From: a virus
Lineage: Duplodnaviria; Caudoviricetes
Direction: 5' to 3' (one strand)
Virus record (IMG/VR): IMGVR_UViG_2700989099_000001
Span: 64,547-128,546 of that record
Length of the DNA stretch: 64,000 nt
Under the pieces are notes generated by a model, which was not told where the DNA came from, ran no database searches, and saw nothing but the letters and a program-made list of their open reading frames with translations. The first letter of the stretch is position 1. Each line of letters begins with the position of its first letter. The position numbers and the translations under genes are program-made. Shown here in pieces: positions 1-9,250 of this stretch.

Positions 1-1
1 A

Positions 2-712
2 AACAATAAAGAAATTGATAAAAGAATATTCGAGTTAGTGGGCAATGAGTATGTTCGATTAAGAGATTATTCAAATGCTTCCACTAAAATGTTAATAAAG
101 CACAATATTTGTGAGAATGAATATAAAGTAACATGGAGTGACTTCAAACAAGAAAAGAGATGTCCTAAATGTAGTAGTACTGCAAAGCTAAATAATCAAG
201 AAATTGATAAAAGAATGAGAGAATTAACAGGGAATGAATATTTTCGATTAGGAGATTATAAAGGTGCTCAAATTAAGATGTTGGTTCAACATACTACTTG
301 CAGAACAGTATATGAGGTAAGATGGAGTCACTTTCAGGAAGGTAAGAGATGTCCCAAGTGCAACGAATCTAAAGGTGAGAAAGAAATCTCAAATATTTTA
401 AATTCTTTAAATATTAAATATACTCCACAAAAACGATTTAAAGATTGTAAACATAAAAATCCGTTACCTTTCGATTTTTATATACATAATAAAAAATCTA
501 AACTTTTAATTGAATTTGATGGAGAACAACATTTTAAATCTGTAAAGATTTTTGGTGGAGAAGAAGCTCTTAGAAAAACTCAACTTCGTGATAAAATCAA
601 AAATGATTTTGTTCTGTCAAATAACATTCCTCTGCTAAGAATCCCCTACACAGAACAAGATAATATCAAACAAATCCTAACAAACAAACTCAAAGAATTA
701 AATTTCATTTAA
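2..712 (+). CDS. Homing-endonuclease-like protein: Zn-ribbon repeats plus C-terminal Vsr/DUF559-like nuclease (5' truncated by window)
   Basis: Frame is open from base 2 (NNKEIDKRIFELVGNEY). ~63-aa HxxC...RCPKC repeats, then PFDFYI..LIEFDGEQHF..RDKIKN..LLRIPY. Confidence 0.8.
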   Translation, partial: NNKEIDKRIFELVGNEYVRLRDYSNASTKMLIKHNICENEYKVTWSDFKQEKRCPKCSSTAKLNNQEIDKRMRELTGNEYFRLGDYKGAQIKMLVQHTTCRTVYEVRWSHFQEGKRCPKCNESKGEKEISNILNSLNIKYTPQKRFKDCKHKNPLPFDFYIHNKKSKLLIEFDGEQHFKSVKIFGGEEALRKTQLRDKIKNDFVLSNNIPLLRIPYTEQDNIKQILTNKLKELNFI

Positions 713-719
713 CTACTAC

Positions 720-748
720 TTGACAAACTCAAATAAATATGTTATAAT
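720..748 (+). promoter_or_regulatory. sigma70 promoter for rtcB
   Basis: TTGACA-17-TATAAT with extended -10 TG. Confidence 0.85.
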
Positions 749-780
749 ATTATATAGAGAACATAAAGGAGACAACACTT

Positions 781-2004
781 ATGAAAATCAAAGGTTTAAA
801 CAATGATGTAGAGGTATTACTCGACCCTGAGAATGTTGACCAAGCAACTCTTACGCAAATTAAAGAACTTGCAGATTCAGAACGGTATGTTGATAACAAA
901 ATTGTTATGATGCCTGACACTCACGCTGGTATACCAGCACCAATTGGGTTAACAATGAAAATTAATAATCCTCTTGAAAAGTTCCCTTTTGAGCTTGTTG
1001 GTAACGATATTGGATGTGGGGTCACATCTCTTGTATTTGAAACTGCTCGCCCATTCACGGATGATGAATTAGTCTCTTTGTATTCTGAAATTGAAAAAGA
1101 AATCAAAACAAATGTCAATGATAAAAACATTGCTTATGACTTTATTCGTGACATAGGTAGTGACTTTGAAATCCCTGTAAGCCTAAACTGTGGTGAAATT
1201 CCAGAATATGAATGGCGAACATTCGGAACTCTAGGTGGTGGTAATCACTTTATTGAACTTGGTGAAATTTCAGATAATACATATATGCTATCTATTCACT
1301 CTGGTTCACGTGGTCTTGGAGCATTCATATATAAAAAATATAAAGAAATTGCGGAAAAGGGTAGCCAACATCGTATAGAAAGCAAGAGAAAAGAGATTAT
1401 TAACTTTTTCTTAGAACGTGGTTTAGACACGATGATTCAAGATGTTATTGAGAATATTCCTCATGATTACTTTGATGGAAGTGGATATTTAAATGATGAT
1501 GATGTTCTTGATTATTTAGATGACATGGAATATGCTGTTGAATTTGCAGAGAACTCACGTTTATCTATGCTTTTGCGTGTATATGCTTTAATCTCTATGA
1601 TTCAATCCACATATTCACAACAAACAATCATTTCAACTCATAATTATTATAATGTTGATGATAAAATTCTACGAAAAGGTGCTGTTCGCTCTAATGGATT
1701 ATTAGTAACACCCTTATCAATGAATAAAGGGATTATTGTTTCAGAGGGGATTCCATCTGCGGACAATAATTATTCAGCACCACATGGCGCTGGTCGTATT
1801 ATGTCACGCAAAGTTGCAAAAGATAGTATTACCTTAAACTCATTGATTTCTGATATGGATGGAATCATCACGAATGTTCGTGATGGCATCATTGACGAAT
1901 CACCTCGTGCGTATAAGAACTACGATGAATTGCAAGATTGGTTCAATAAAACAATGAAGCCAATTGCTATTGCAAAACCTATTCTAAATTTTAAAGGAGA
2001 ATAA
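781..2004 (+). CDS. rtcB: RtcB-family RNA ligase
   Basis: Motifs MPDTHAG, VGNDIGCG, GTLGGGNHFIE, HSGSRG, HNY, RKGA, PHGAGR, DESPRAYK; RBS AAGGAG. Confidence 0.93.
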   Translation: MKIKGLNNDVEVLLDPENVDQATLTQIKELADSERYVDNKIVMMPDTHAGIPAPIGLTMKINNPLEKFPFELVGNDIGCGVTSLVFETARPFTDDELVSLYSEIEKEIKTNVNDKNIAYDFIRDIGSDFEIPVSLNCGEIPEYEWRTFGTLGGGNHFIELGEISDNTYMLSIHSGSRGLGAFIYKKYKEIAEKGSQHRIESKRKEIINFFLERGLDTMIQDVIENIPHDYFDGSGYLNDDDVLDYLDDMEYAVEFAENSRLSMLLRVYALISMIQSTYSQQTIISTHNYYNVDDKILRKGAVRSNGLLVTPLSMNKGIIVSEGIPSADNNYSAPHGAGRIMSRKVAKDSITLNSLISDMDGIITNVRDGIIDESPRAYKNYDELQDWFNKTMKPIAIAKPILNFKGE

Positions 2005-2005
2005 T

Positions 2006-2203
2006 ATGAATTTGTTAGAACACTATATTGAAGAAGTCGTTCTTGAAAAGCCTTTCAAGGCAGACTGGACAAAACAACATAAAGATAAATTTGTCGAAGT
2101 CGAAATGATTGTAAATGTTCATGGTGGGCTATCTAGCGCACATAAAATTTTTACAGTTGACAAATGGAAGGAAGTCAAAGAAAAGGGCTTCTATATTGCG
2201 TAA
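2006..2203 (+). CDS. Hypothetical protein
   Basis: ORF with RBS AAGGAG, abuts rtcB. Confidence 0.75.
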   Translation: MNLLEHYIEEVVLEKPFKADWTKQHKDKFVEVEMIVNVHGGLSSAHKIFTVDKWKEVKEKGFYIA

Positions 2204-2221
2204 TTATAAAGGAGGTATGTA

Positions 2222-2473
2222 ATGACACTAGGTTCAGTAACTTTCGAAATAAAAGGTCTAGTCAAATCAGAATCAGATAACTTTGTCTTAGTACAGCATG
2301 ACAATTTATATCAAGTATTCGAGAGAGATAGTGACAGTCCATTTATCGTTTACGATGATGAAACAAAACAATTAAATTATCTAAACAAAAATGTTTACTC
2401 TGCCGATAATCAAAATAAGGCTCGTGCTATATACGAGAAATTACAGATTATCAAAAATAACAGAACGTTTTAG
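2222..2473 (+). CDS. Hypothetical protein
   Basis: ORF with RBS AGGAGG. Confidence 0.75.
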   Translation: MTLGSVTFEIKGLVKSESDNFVLVQHDNLYQVFERDSDSPFIVYDDETKQLNYLNKNVYSADNQNKARAIYEKLQIIKNNRTF

Positions 2474-2511
2474 TTGACAAAATAAGACTATTATGGTATA
2501 ATAGTCTTATT
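2474..2511 (+). promoter_or_regulatory. Promoter of nrdHIE overlapped by a perfect 13-bp inverted repeat
   Basis: TTGACA(2474)-17-TATAAT(2497); AATAAGACTATTA (2481-2493) / TAATAGTCTTATT (2499-2511). Confidence 0.85.
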
Positions 2512-2536
2512 GCTTTATATAGAAGGAGATATAAAA

Positions 2537-2776
2537 ATGGTTAAAGTATACAGTAAATACAATTGTAAAAATTGTAAACAAGTTAAACGCTTGCTCAAAT
2601 TCTCAGGAATTGATTATGTTGAGATTAACGTTGAAGATGATGCAGAAGCATTCAAATTTATTAAAGAAGAACTAGGATTCTCTCAACTTCCAGTTATCGT
2701 AGCTCAGGATGTAGAACCATTTGAGTTCAACTCTATCAAAGTGAATGAATTTGTTAAGAGTCATACACATGGATAA
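2537..2776 (+). CDS. nrdH: Glutaredoxin-like NrdH redoxin
   Basis: VYSKYNCKNC..GFSQLPVI; start chosen by RBS AAGGAG; directly upstream of nrdI/nrdE. Confidence 0.88.
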   Translation: MVKVYSKYNCKNCKQVKRLLKFSGIDYVEINVEDDAEAFKFIKEELGFSQLPVIVAQDVEPFEFNSIKVNEFVKSHTHG

Positions 2777-3140
2777 TATTTTAATTGCTTACAAATCATT
2801 AGGTGGAAACTGTGATAGAGTAATTAAAAAACTGGGTATCGGAGGATTCAAGATTGATGGAGATAACATCTACGACTTTAATGAGGATAGTAAATTTTAT
2901 CTCTTGATTCCCACTTATGAGGAAGAGTGGATTGGAGATGCGTGGGATTTTATGGATGATTATCATGAGAACTGCTTAGGTATCATAGGGTCAGGAAACT
3001 TTAACTTTGGGGATGATATGTTTATATTCACAGCAAACGATATGAGTAAGAAATATAATATTCCTGTAATCTATTCCATCGAGAACTTTGGAAACAAGAA
3101 AGATATCAACAACATTAAAGAGTTATTGCAAATAAATTAA
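2769..3140 (+). CDS. nrdI: Flavodoxin NrdI
   Basis: YKSLGGN, LLIPTY, GIIGSGNFNFG motifs; context. Confidence 0.9.
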   Translation: MDNILIAYKSLGGNCDRVIKKLGIGGFKIDGDNIYDFNEDSKFYLLIPTYEEEWIGDAWDFMDDYHENCLGIIGSGNFNFGDDMFIFTANDMSKKYNIPVIYSIENFGNKKDINNIKELLQIN

Positions 3141-3153
3141 TAGGAGGTTTCAC

Positions 3154-5343
3154 TTGACAGTCACAAAGATTGAAACAAAAGAATCAGTAACACCAGAGTA
3201 TTTTATGCTCAACAACCAACTAAATATCGTTAAAGACGGTAAAATTCAGTTGAACGCAGACAGAGAAGCTGTCCATAGCTATTTCATTGATTACGTAAAC
3301 CCTCATACAGTCTATTTTGGAGACTTACGTGAGAAGCTTGACTATTTAGTGAAACACAAGTATATTAAAGGCGAAGTACTTGATAAATATACTTTCAAAT
3401 TTATTAAAAAATTATTTAAAACTTTGTACAACAAGAAATTTCGATTTACAACTTTCATGGGTGCTTATAAATTTTACACACAGTATGCTATGCGCACCAC
3501 AGATAACAAGTCAATTCTTGAACGATATGAAGACCGCATTGCTTTTAATGCCTTAGTTATGGCTGATGGTGACGAACAATTGGCTCTTAACATTGCGCAT
3601 GAAATGATTTCACAAACCTATCAACCTGCAACACCAACATTCTCTAATGCTGGTAAGTTGCGTGGTGGTAATGCTGTATCATGTTTCCTTTTGAATATTG
3701 AAGATAATATGACGTCTATTGGGCGCTCAGTAAATTCAGTTCTTCAATTGTCTAAAATGGGTGGTGGAGTTGGAATCAACTTAACTGATATCCGTCCGTC
3801 AGGAGACCCTATCAAGGGTATTGAGAATATGGCTGATGGAGTTGTTCCAATCATGAAACTCTATGAAGATTCATTTTCATATGCCAATCAGTTGGGGACA
3901 AGAAATGGGGCAGGAGTAACTTATCTCAATGTATTCCATAAAGATATTGTTAAATTCCTCTCTACAAAAAAAGAAAATGCTGACGAAAAAGTTCGTGTTA
4001 AAACTCTTTCTCTCGGTGTTGTAGTTCCTGATAAATTCTATGAACTCATTGCTAAAGGTGAATCAATGTATTTGTTTAGCCCTTATGATATCTACAATGA
4101 GTATGGAAAACTAATGTCTGAAATCAACATCACAGAAATGTATGATGAATTAGTTGAAAACAAAAATATCAAGAAAGATAAAATCTTTGCTCGTGACCTT
4201 GAAGAAGAAATGTCTAAACTTATTCAAGAATCAGGATATCCATACATCATCAACATTGATACAGCAAACCAAGAAAATGCTGTTGACGGTGTAATTAAAA
4301 TGTCTAACCTTTGCTCTGAAATCCTTCAAGTACAATCTCCATCAGAATTGAACTCAGACCAAACTTATAAGACTATTGGAACTGACGTATCATGTAACCT
4401 TGGTTCAACTAATATTACACATCTTATGGAGTCATCTGACTTCGGAAGCTCTGTTAGAACAGCATTTCGTGCATTAACCTATGTTGCAGATAGCTCTAAC
4501 ATTGAAGAAGTTCCTACTGTTAAGAACGCCAACGATAAGTATCACTCAGTAGGGCTAGGGGCAATGGGACTACATGGATTCCTTGCTAAAAATGGTATTC
4601 TCTATGGTTCTCCTGAATCAATTGAGTTCACAGGTATGTACTTCCAACTCCTAAACTACTGGACTCTATTTGAAAGTAATCGAATTGCTATTGAGCGCAA
4701 TCAAGCTTTCTATAACTTTGATAAATCAGAATATGCCAATGGTAAATACTTCAAACGCTATCTACCACGTGTTAAATTTAAAAATAACCTTTCTGATACA
4801 GTCAAAGAATTGTTTAAAGATGTTGATATTCCAACTGCACAAGACTGGGTTGACCTACAGGCTTCAATTGAAGAACATGGTCTATATAATTCTTACCGTT
4901 TAGCTGTTGCGCCTACAGGTTCAATTTCTTATATCAACGAAGCTACAGCATCTATTCACCCAATTGTACAAAAGATTGAGAAACGCTCAGAGGGTAAACG
5001 TGGTGATGTATTCTATCCAGCACCTTATCTTGCAGAAGGTCTTCCCTTCTATGAATCAGCCTACAATATTGACCAGCGCCAAATCATTGACGTCTACGCA
5101 GAAGCGCAAAAACATGTTGACCAAGCTCTTTCTATGACACTCTTCATGAATGCAGACCACGGAAAAGATTTGTATGAGTGGAAAATTGGAACAAGTGGTG
5201 AAGACTCATTCACTACACGTGATATCAATATCTTGCGTAACTATGCATGGTCTAAAGGTATTAAATCAATCTATTACGTTCGCACTTATCGTTCAGATGG
5301 TGAAGTAAGTTCTGTAAACGAATGTGAGTCATGCTCAATTTAG
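3154..5343 (+). CDS. nrdE: Class Ib ribonucleotide reductase alpha subunit
   Basis: PATPTFSNAG, VSCFLL, SNLCSEI, VSCNLGS, VAPTGSIS, KSIYY, C-terminal CESC; TTG start with RBS AGGAGG. Confidence 0.97.
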   Translation: MTVTKIETKESVTPEYFMLNNQLNIVKDGKIQLNADREAVHSYFIDYVNPHTVYFGDLREKLDYLVKHKYIKGEVLDKYTFKFIKKLFKTLYNKKFRFTTFMGAYKFYTQYAMRTTDNKSILERYEDRIAFNALVMADGDEQLALNIAHEMISQTYQPATPTFSNAGKLRGGNAVSCFLLNIEDNMTSIGRSVNSVLQLSKMGGGVGINLTDIRPSGDPIKGIENMADGVVPIMKLYEDSFSYANQLGTRNGAGVTYLNVFHKDIVKFLSTKKENADEKVRVKTLSLGVVVPDKFYELIAKGESMYLFSPYDIYNEYGKLMSEINITEMYDELVENKNIKKDKIFARDLEEEMSKLIQESGYPYIINIDTANQENAVDGVIKMSNLCSEILQVQSPSELNSDQTYKTIGTDVSCNLGSTNITHLMESSDFGSSVRTAFRALTYVADSSNIEEVPTVKNANDKYHSVGLGAMGLHGFLAKNGILYGSPESIEFTGMYFQLLNYWTLFESNRIAIERNQAFYNFDKSEYANGKYFKRYLPRVKFKNNLSDTVKELFKDVDIPTAQDWVDLQASIEEHGLYNSYRLAVAPTGSISYINEATASIHPIVQKIEKRSEGKRGDVFYPAPYLAEGLPFYESAYNIDQRQIIDVYAEAQKHVDQALSMTLFMNADHGKDLYEWKIGTSGEDSFTTRDINILRNYAWSKGIKSIYYVRTYRSDGEVSSVNECESCSI

Positions 5344-5355
5344 AAAGAGGTTTAT

Positions 5356-5766
5356 ATGCCTAATAAATTAAATGTGGAAGATAAAAGCTTTGAAGATAAA
5401 TGGTTTATCTTTGATACATATCATGAAATCAGCAAGTGTGTTTATTACAATAAAGAATTAAACAATCTAATGACATTCTACTCTGAAACAGAAGAGACAC
5501 CTGTTGACGTTATTAACTGGGTTGTTAATGAAGATAGATTTTTAGAAACTTTAGATATTCTTGAAACAAATAAAAATACAGTCGTTAGTTTCTTTAGAGT
5601 TGAAGGAACTACATCTGATGTCACAATTCTTGAAACAACAAAAGATGTGATTGGTACACTCAAAAGAAAAACAATGAGTGGTATCAACAAGCACATTAAT
5701 GATGTGATTTACAAAAAAGATAAAAAACTTTTGTATAAGAAATTTGCAATAGTTAAAGACTTGTAA
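5356..5766 (+). CDS. Hypothetical protein
   Basis: ORF with RBS GAGG. Confidence 0.75.
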   Translation: MPNKLNVEDKSFEDKWFIFDTYHEISKCVYYNKELNNLMTFYSETEETPVDVINWVVNEDRFLETLDILETNKNTVVSFFRVEGTTSDVTILETTKDVIGTLKRKTMSGINKHINDVIYKKDKKLLYKKFAIVKDL

Positions 5767-5775
5767 TATAAATTT

Positions 5776-5817
5776 AAAAAACTATCTCTTGATTGGGGTA
5801 GTTTTTTATGGTATAAT
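5776..5817 (+). terminator. Intrinsic terminator fused with promoter (-35 is the hairpin loop)
   Basis: AAAAAACTATCTC-TTGATT-GGGGTAGTTTTTT; TTGATT(5789)-17-TATAAT(5812). Confidence 0.75.
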
Positions 5818-5848
5818 AGTAGTATCATGAAATGAAAAGAGATGAATT

Positions 5849-6445
5849 ATGAGTGGGAACAGATTAACAACAGAGGAAGTAGAGGAAAGAATTGAAGACT
5901 TAACAGGTAATGAGTACTTGTTACTTGGAAATTATGTTAATGCACATACTAAAATATTGGTCAAACACAGCCTATGTGAAAACGAATATGAAGTAACTTG
6001 GAATAATTTCCAACGAGGTACAAGATGTCCTAAATGTTTTGGAAAAGAAAAATTAAATAACCAAGAAATTGATAAGAAAATGTTTGAATTAGTAGGAAAC
6101 GAATACATTCGAATAAGTGGATACCTGAATGCAAAAACTAAAATTTCAATCAAACATAACCTATGTGGAAATGAATATAAAGCAACTTGGAGTAATTTTA
6201 AAGCGGGTACAAGATGTCCAAAGTGTTTTGGTAATGATAAATTAAATAATGAAGAAATTGATAAGAAAATGTTTGAATTAACAAATGGAGAGTATTTGAG
6301 ACTTGGAAACTATGTTAATAATGCAACAAAAATGCTGGTCAAACATAATCTTTGTGGAAATATATATGAAGTAACTTGGAATAATTTCCAAAAAGGTACA
6401 AGATGTCCCAAGTGTAGTAGATTAGAGAAATTAAATAACAGATGA
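5849..6445 (+). CDS. Zn-ribbon triple-repeat protein (paralogue of the first ORF, no nuclease domain)
   Basis: Three ~63-aa units KHxLCxNxYxxTWxNFxxGTRCPKC; stops just after a fourth unit begins. Confidence 0.8.
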   Translation: MSGNRLTTEEVEERIEDLTGNEYLLLGNYVNAHTKILVKHSLCENEYEVTWNNFQRGTRCPKCFGKEKLNNQEIDKKMFELVGNEYIRISGYLNAKTKISIKHNLCGNEYKATWSNFKAGTRCPKCFGNDKLNNEEIDKKMFELTNGEYLRLGNYVNNATKMLVKHNLCGNIYEVTWNNFQKGTRCPKCSRLEKLNNR

Positions 6446-6473
6446 ACTAGAAGAATTAAATTTTATTTAATTC

Positions 6474-6502
6474 TTGACTATCTTAAATAAATATGGTATA
6501 AT
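6474..6502 (+). promoter_or_regulatory. sigma70 promoter
   Basis: TTGACT-17-TATAAT with TG; preceded by 10-bp inverted repeat 6451-6475. Confidence 0.8.
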
Positions 6503-6554
6503 ATATAATATCAAGAAGTTATTTATACAATATTTAATTATTGAAAGGTTAATA

Positions 6555-7205
6555 ATGGAAAATCAATTACAAGCAAATAGAAAATTTGCACAAATTCCAA
6601 ATAAGATGTTCTATGGAACAGAAAACAACGAAAAACTCATTTATGTTCTCTTACAGGCTACACAGTTAGCTTTCCCAGTTGATGAGAAGACGGGAATGTC
6701 AAAAGCATTTATTCCTCCACTAACAAAAGAACTTACCAAAAGGAGTGGTTACTGTTACTCAGATGCCCGTATTGAGCTAATTTTAATGAATCTTAAAAAG
6801 AAGGGATATATTAATTTTGAATTGAATCAAAACAAGCTTATGTTCGAAATTTTACCAATAGATACAGAAGAAGAACATATGTTTCATGTCAATTGGAAAT
6901 CAAACGATATCATTCTTACTGGGGTCACAAAAATTGATTTTAAAATATTTTTTAAGTTATTTAAAGATAAAGATTTTACTCTCTATACTTATACAAAATA
7001 TAGAATGGGAGAAAGCTATGAATATCGAATAACTTATGATGAATGGGCTTTTATTCTCTGGGGGAAAAGAGAAGATGCTATAGCATACATAAAAGAAACA
7101 GAGGCTATTGTTAAGTTTACCAGTAGATATGATGGTAATTATGGAGGAAGAAGACCTAATACATATGTTACTTTTGATTCTGTTAAAGACGAAAACGAAG
7201 ATTAA
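6555..7205 (+). CDS. Putative winged-HTH DNA-binding / replication initiator-like protein
   Basis: FAQIPNKM..EKLIYVLL and RRPNTY resemble wHTH initiator N-termini; start moved because the TTG at 6474 is the -35 box. Confidence 0.5.
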   Translation: MENQLQANRKFAQIPNKMFYGTENNEKLIYVLLQATQLAFPVDEKTGMSKAFIPPLTKELTKRSGYCYSDARIELILMNLKKKGYINFELNQNKLMFEILPIDTEEEHMFHVNWKSNDIILTGVTKIDFKIFFKLFKDKDFTLYTYTKYRMGESYEYRITYDEWAFILWGKREDAIAYIKETEAIVKFTSRYDGNYGGRRPNTYVTFDSVKDENED

Positions 7206-7226
7206 TAAAGGAAGGAAGGTGTTTAT

Positions 7227-7967
7227 ATGTATGATGAAGATGAATTTTGGAACTTTGAAGTTCCCTATAGTGAGGAGTTTATGGAGTTCTTTGACAAGCT
7301 CAAAAATTCTGTTAAAAAAGATATCACAAAAGAAATATCAGACTTAAAAGAGGAGAACGCTCAACTTAAAAAAATCGTTGACAATATTGACAATGCTCAA
7401 AGAAATATTGACCGTCAAAAAAGAGACCTTGAAATTGCAACTAAGCAATCCGTTAACTCAGCAAAACGTTTAGCTTTAGAAGAACTTATCGAACCATTGA
7501 AGCAAACCTATTGGGATATTGCTTATAGCTATGAAAAACTTCCTAAATGTGATAAATGTGATGATAACCGTAGAAGAGAGTACACAACACCACTTGGTAG
7601 AAAAGAATATGAGACATGCACCTGTGATGTCGGTCATAGAACTTATATCCCAAAGGAACTAACTCTATACTCAGTATTTAAACATGAGAAAGAATTGATT
7701 GGTTATTATAATTTCAAAGGTTCTACTTATGGAAATGATAGTCTTCAATATTATGGATTTTGGGATGATGAAATTAATGAATCAAAACGTATTGATAAAA
7801 CACTAATCTCTACAAAAGAAGATTTTCCTAATTATTCTCGTTTTGAATCTGTCTTTGCTACCGAGGAAATTTGTCAAGAGTATTGCAATTTGTTACAGGA
7901 AAAAGAAGATTCAAAGAAACCTAGTATTAATCATGGTGTGACTCTTGAACCAGTACAAAATTTATGA
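7227..7967 (+). CDS. Hypothetical protein with coiled coil and CxxC...CxC motif
   Basis: ORF with RBS AAGGAAGG; CDKC..CTC. Confidence 0.75.
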   Translation: MYDEDEFWNFEVPYSEEFMEFFDKLKNSVKKDITKEISDLKEENAQLKKIVDNIDNAQRNIDRQKRDLEIATKQSVNSAKRLALEELIEPLKQTYWDIAYSYEKLPKCDKCDDNRRREYTTPLGRKEYETCTCDVGHRTYIPKELTLYSVFKHEKELIGYYNFKGSTYGNDSLQYYGFWDDEINESKRIDKTLISTKEDFPNYSRFESVFATEEICQEYCNLLQEKEDSKKPSINHGVTLEPVQNL

Positions 7968-7973
7968 TATAAT
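7945..7973 (+). promoter_or_regulatory. sigma70 promoter for the small-ORF cluster
   Basis: TTGAAC-17-TATAAT with TG. Confidence 0.7.
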
Positions 7974-8001
7974 ATATAATATAAAGAAAGGAATCACCAA
8001 A

Positions 8002-8109
8002 TTGAATTGTTACCTGTGTGGTAAAGAAATACCAGAAGAAGAAGTTCTCGAAGGAGAGAAATATCAAATTTGTTACGAGTGCGAACTCAGAGAGGAATAT
8101 GGAATCTAA
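8002..8109 (+). CDS. 35-aa zinc-finger microprotein
   Basis: Manual translation MNCYLCGKEIPEEEVLEGEKYQICYECELREEYGI; TTG start, RBS AAAGGA. Confidence 0.65.
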   Translation: MNCYLCGKEIPEEEVLEGEKYQICYECELREEYGI

Positions 8110-8180
8110 TGGAATTAAATGAGTTCTTAGATGTTCTCAGAGGTATTGGTCAAAAGTTAAAAGAGAGTGAGGATGAGTAA
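8109..8180 (+). CDS. 23-aa microprotein
   Basis: MELNEFLDVLRGIGQKLKESEDE; TAATG overlaps on both sides. Confidence 0.55.
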   Translation: MELNEFLDVLRGIGQKLKESEDE

Positions 8181-8326
8181 TGAGAATAACTATGTGTGAG
8201 TTCTGTAATAAGCTTACACTCAATAAACTAGATTACATCGAAACTAATCCATATCTTCATATATCTGAATTTTGTTATGTGTGTGAAGAGTGCGGAAAAA
8301 TTAAACATAGAGGGATTGAAATATGA
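8180..8326 (+). CDS. 48-aa zinc-ribbon microprotein
   Basis: MRITMCEFCNK...CYVCEECGK; RBS GAGG; ATGA overlap with next gene. Confidence 0.65.
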   Translation: MRITMCEFCNKLTLNKLDYIETNPYLHISEFCYVCEECGKIKHRGIEI

Positions 8327-8607
8327 AAAAAATAGAGTATATTGCTAAAATCCATGACAAAACAATGCAGGTTCAAAGCATTTCTCAGAGTGCCTATGAT
8401 TTATTAAAAGAATCTGAAAAAACATCTAAAAATTCACCAACAAAAATAATGGCTAATATTAGTCGAGGGAAAAATCTTTGGTTATCTGTTTCTCAAAAAG
8501 AACTTGATATGTTACTTAAAAGCAGTTTAAATAATGCAGTTGGAGAAATTGAGAACTTAATTGATGACTTAAACGATTTAATTTATGGGTTAAAAGAAAA
8601 AATGTAA
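8323..8607 (+). CDS. Hypothetical protein
   Basis: ORF in coupled operon. Confidence 0.7.
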   Translation: MKKIEYIAKIHDKTMQVQSISQSAYDLLKESEKTSKNSPTKIMANISRGKNLWLSVSQKELDMLLKSSLNNAVGEIENLIDDLNDLIYGLKEKM

Positions 8608-8622
8608 AGGAAGGAATCAATC

Positions 8623-8844
8623 ATGAAATTTAAAGCAAAATTAAAACAAGAGTTGAAAAAAGAAATGTTCGAGGAAGATTTATGGTCTTTCCTACAAGAA
8701 CACATTGACGATGAAGGATATATCTACGGATGGTATGTTGATGGATATATTGTAGGTGGAATGATTGAAGCAAACGATGAATACTGTTCACTTGAATATT
8801 GGGCGCCAGTTATTAAAGACACGGTAGTATTAGTAGAGGAATAA
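8623..8844 (+). CDS. Hypothetical protein (YopX-like N-terminus)
   Basis: MKFKAK..YIYGWY..VIKDTV pattern; RBS AGGAAGGA. Confidence 0.6.
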   Translation: MKFKAKLKQELKKEMFEEDLWSFLQEHIDDEGYIYGWYVDGYIVGGMIEANDEYCSLEYWAPVIKDTVVLVEE

Positions 8845-8845
8845 T

Positions 8846-9241
8846 ATGTTTGAACTGATTGGACTTCCAACAGAATGGATTTATTCTCCATCAATGTGTT
8901 TTATGCCAGATAGTGTAACACTTGAACAGCGTGAACACTATCATTACTATGATGATACAGAACTCCTTGCGGAAGATGAAGAAGAAATTGCTATGCGTGG
9001 AATTTGTGGAAAAGGACTAGCATTGAATTGGAGTATGGCAACTCTCGATAGAAACATTGAACATTTAGATTATCCTGCTATGTTCTGTCAGGATTGCATT
9101 GAAATTATGAATCGCAGAAAAGAAAGTACTCTTGCTGAGTTATCGTACTTAAACATTTATGCAGAAAATCCAAATGAATATATTCTTCAAGCTCTCGAAG
9201 ATGAAATGGAGTTCTATCAACCAACAAAAGATTATAAGTAG
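8846..9241 (+). CDS. Hypothetical protein
   Basis: ORF with RBS GAGG. Confidence 0.7.
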   Translation: MFELIGLPTEWIYSPSMCFMPDSVTLEQREHYHYYDDTELLAEDEEEIAMRGICGKGLALNWSMATLDRNIEHLDYPAMFCQDCIEIMNRRKESTLAELSYLNIYAENPNEYILQALEDEMEFYQPTKDYK

Positions 9242-9250
9242 GAGAAAGAA

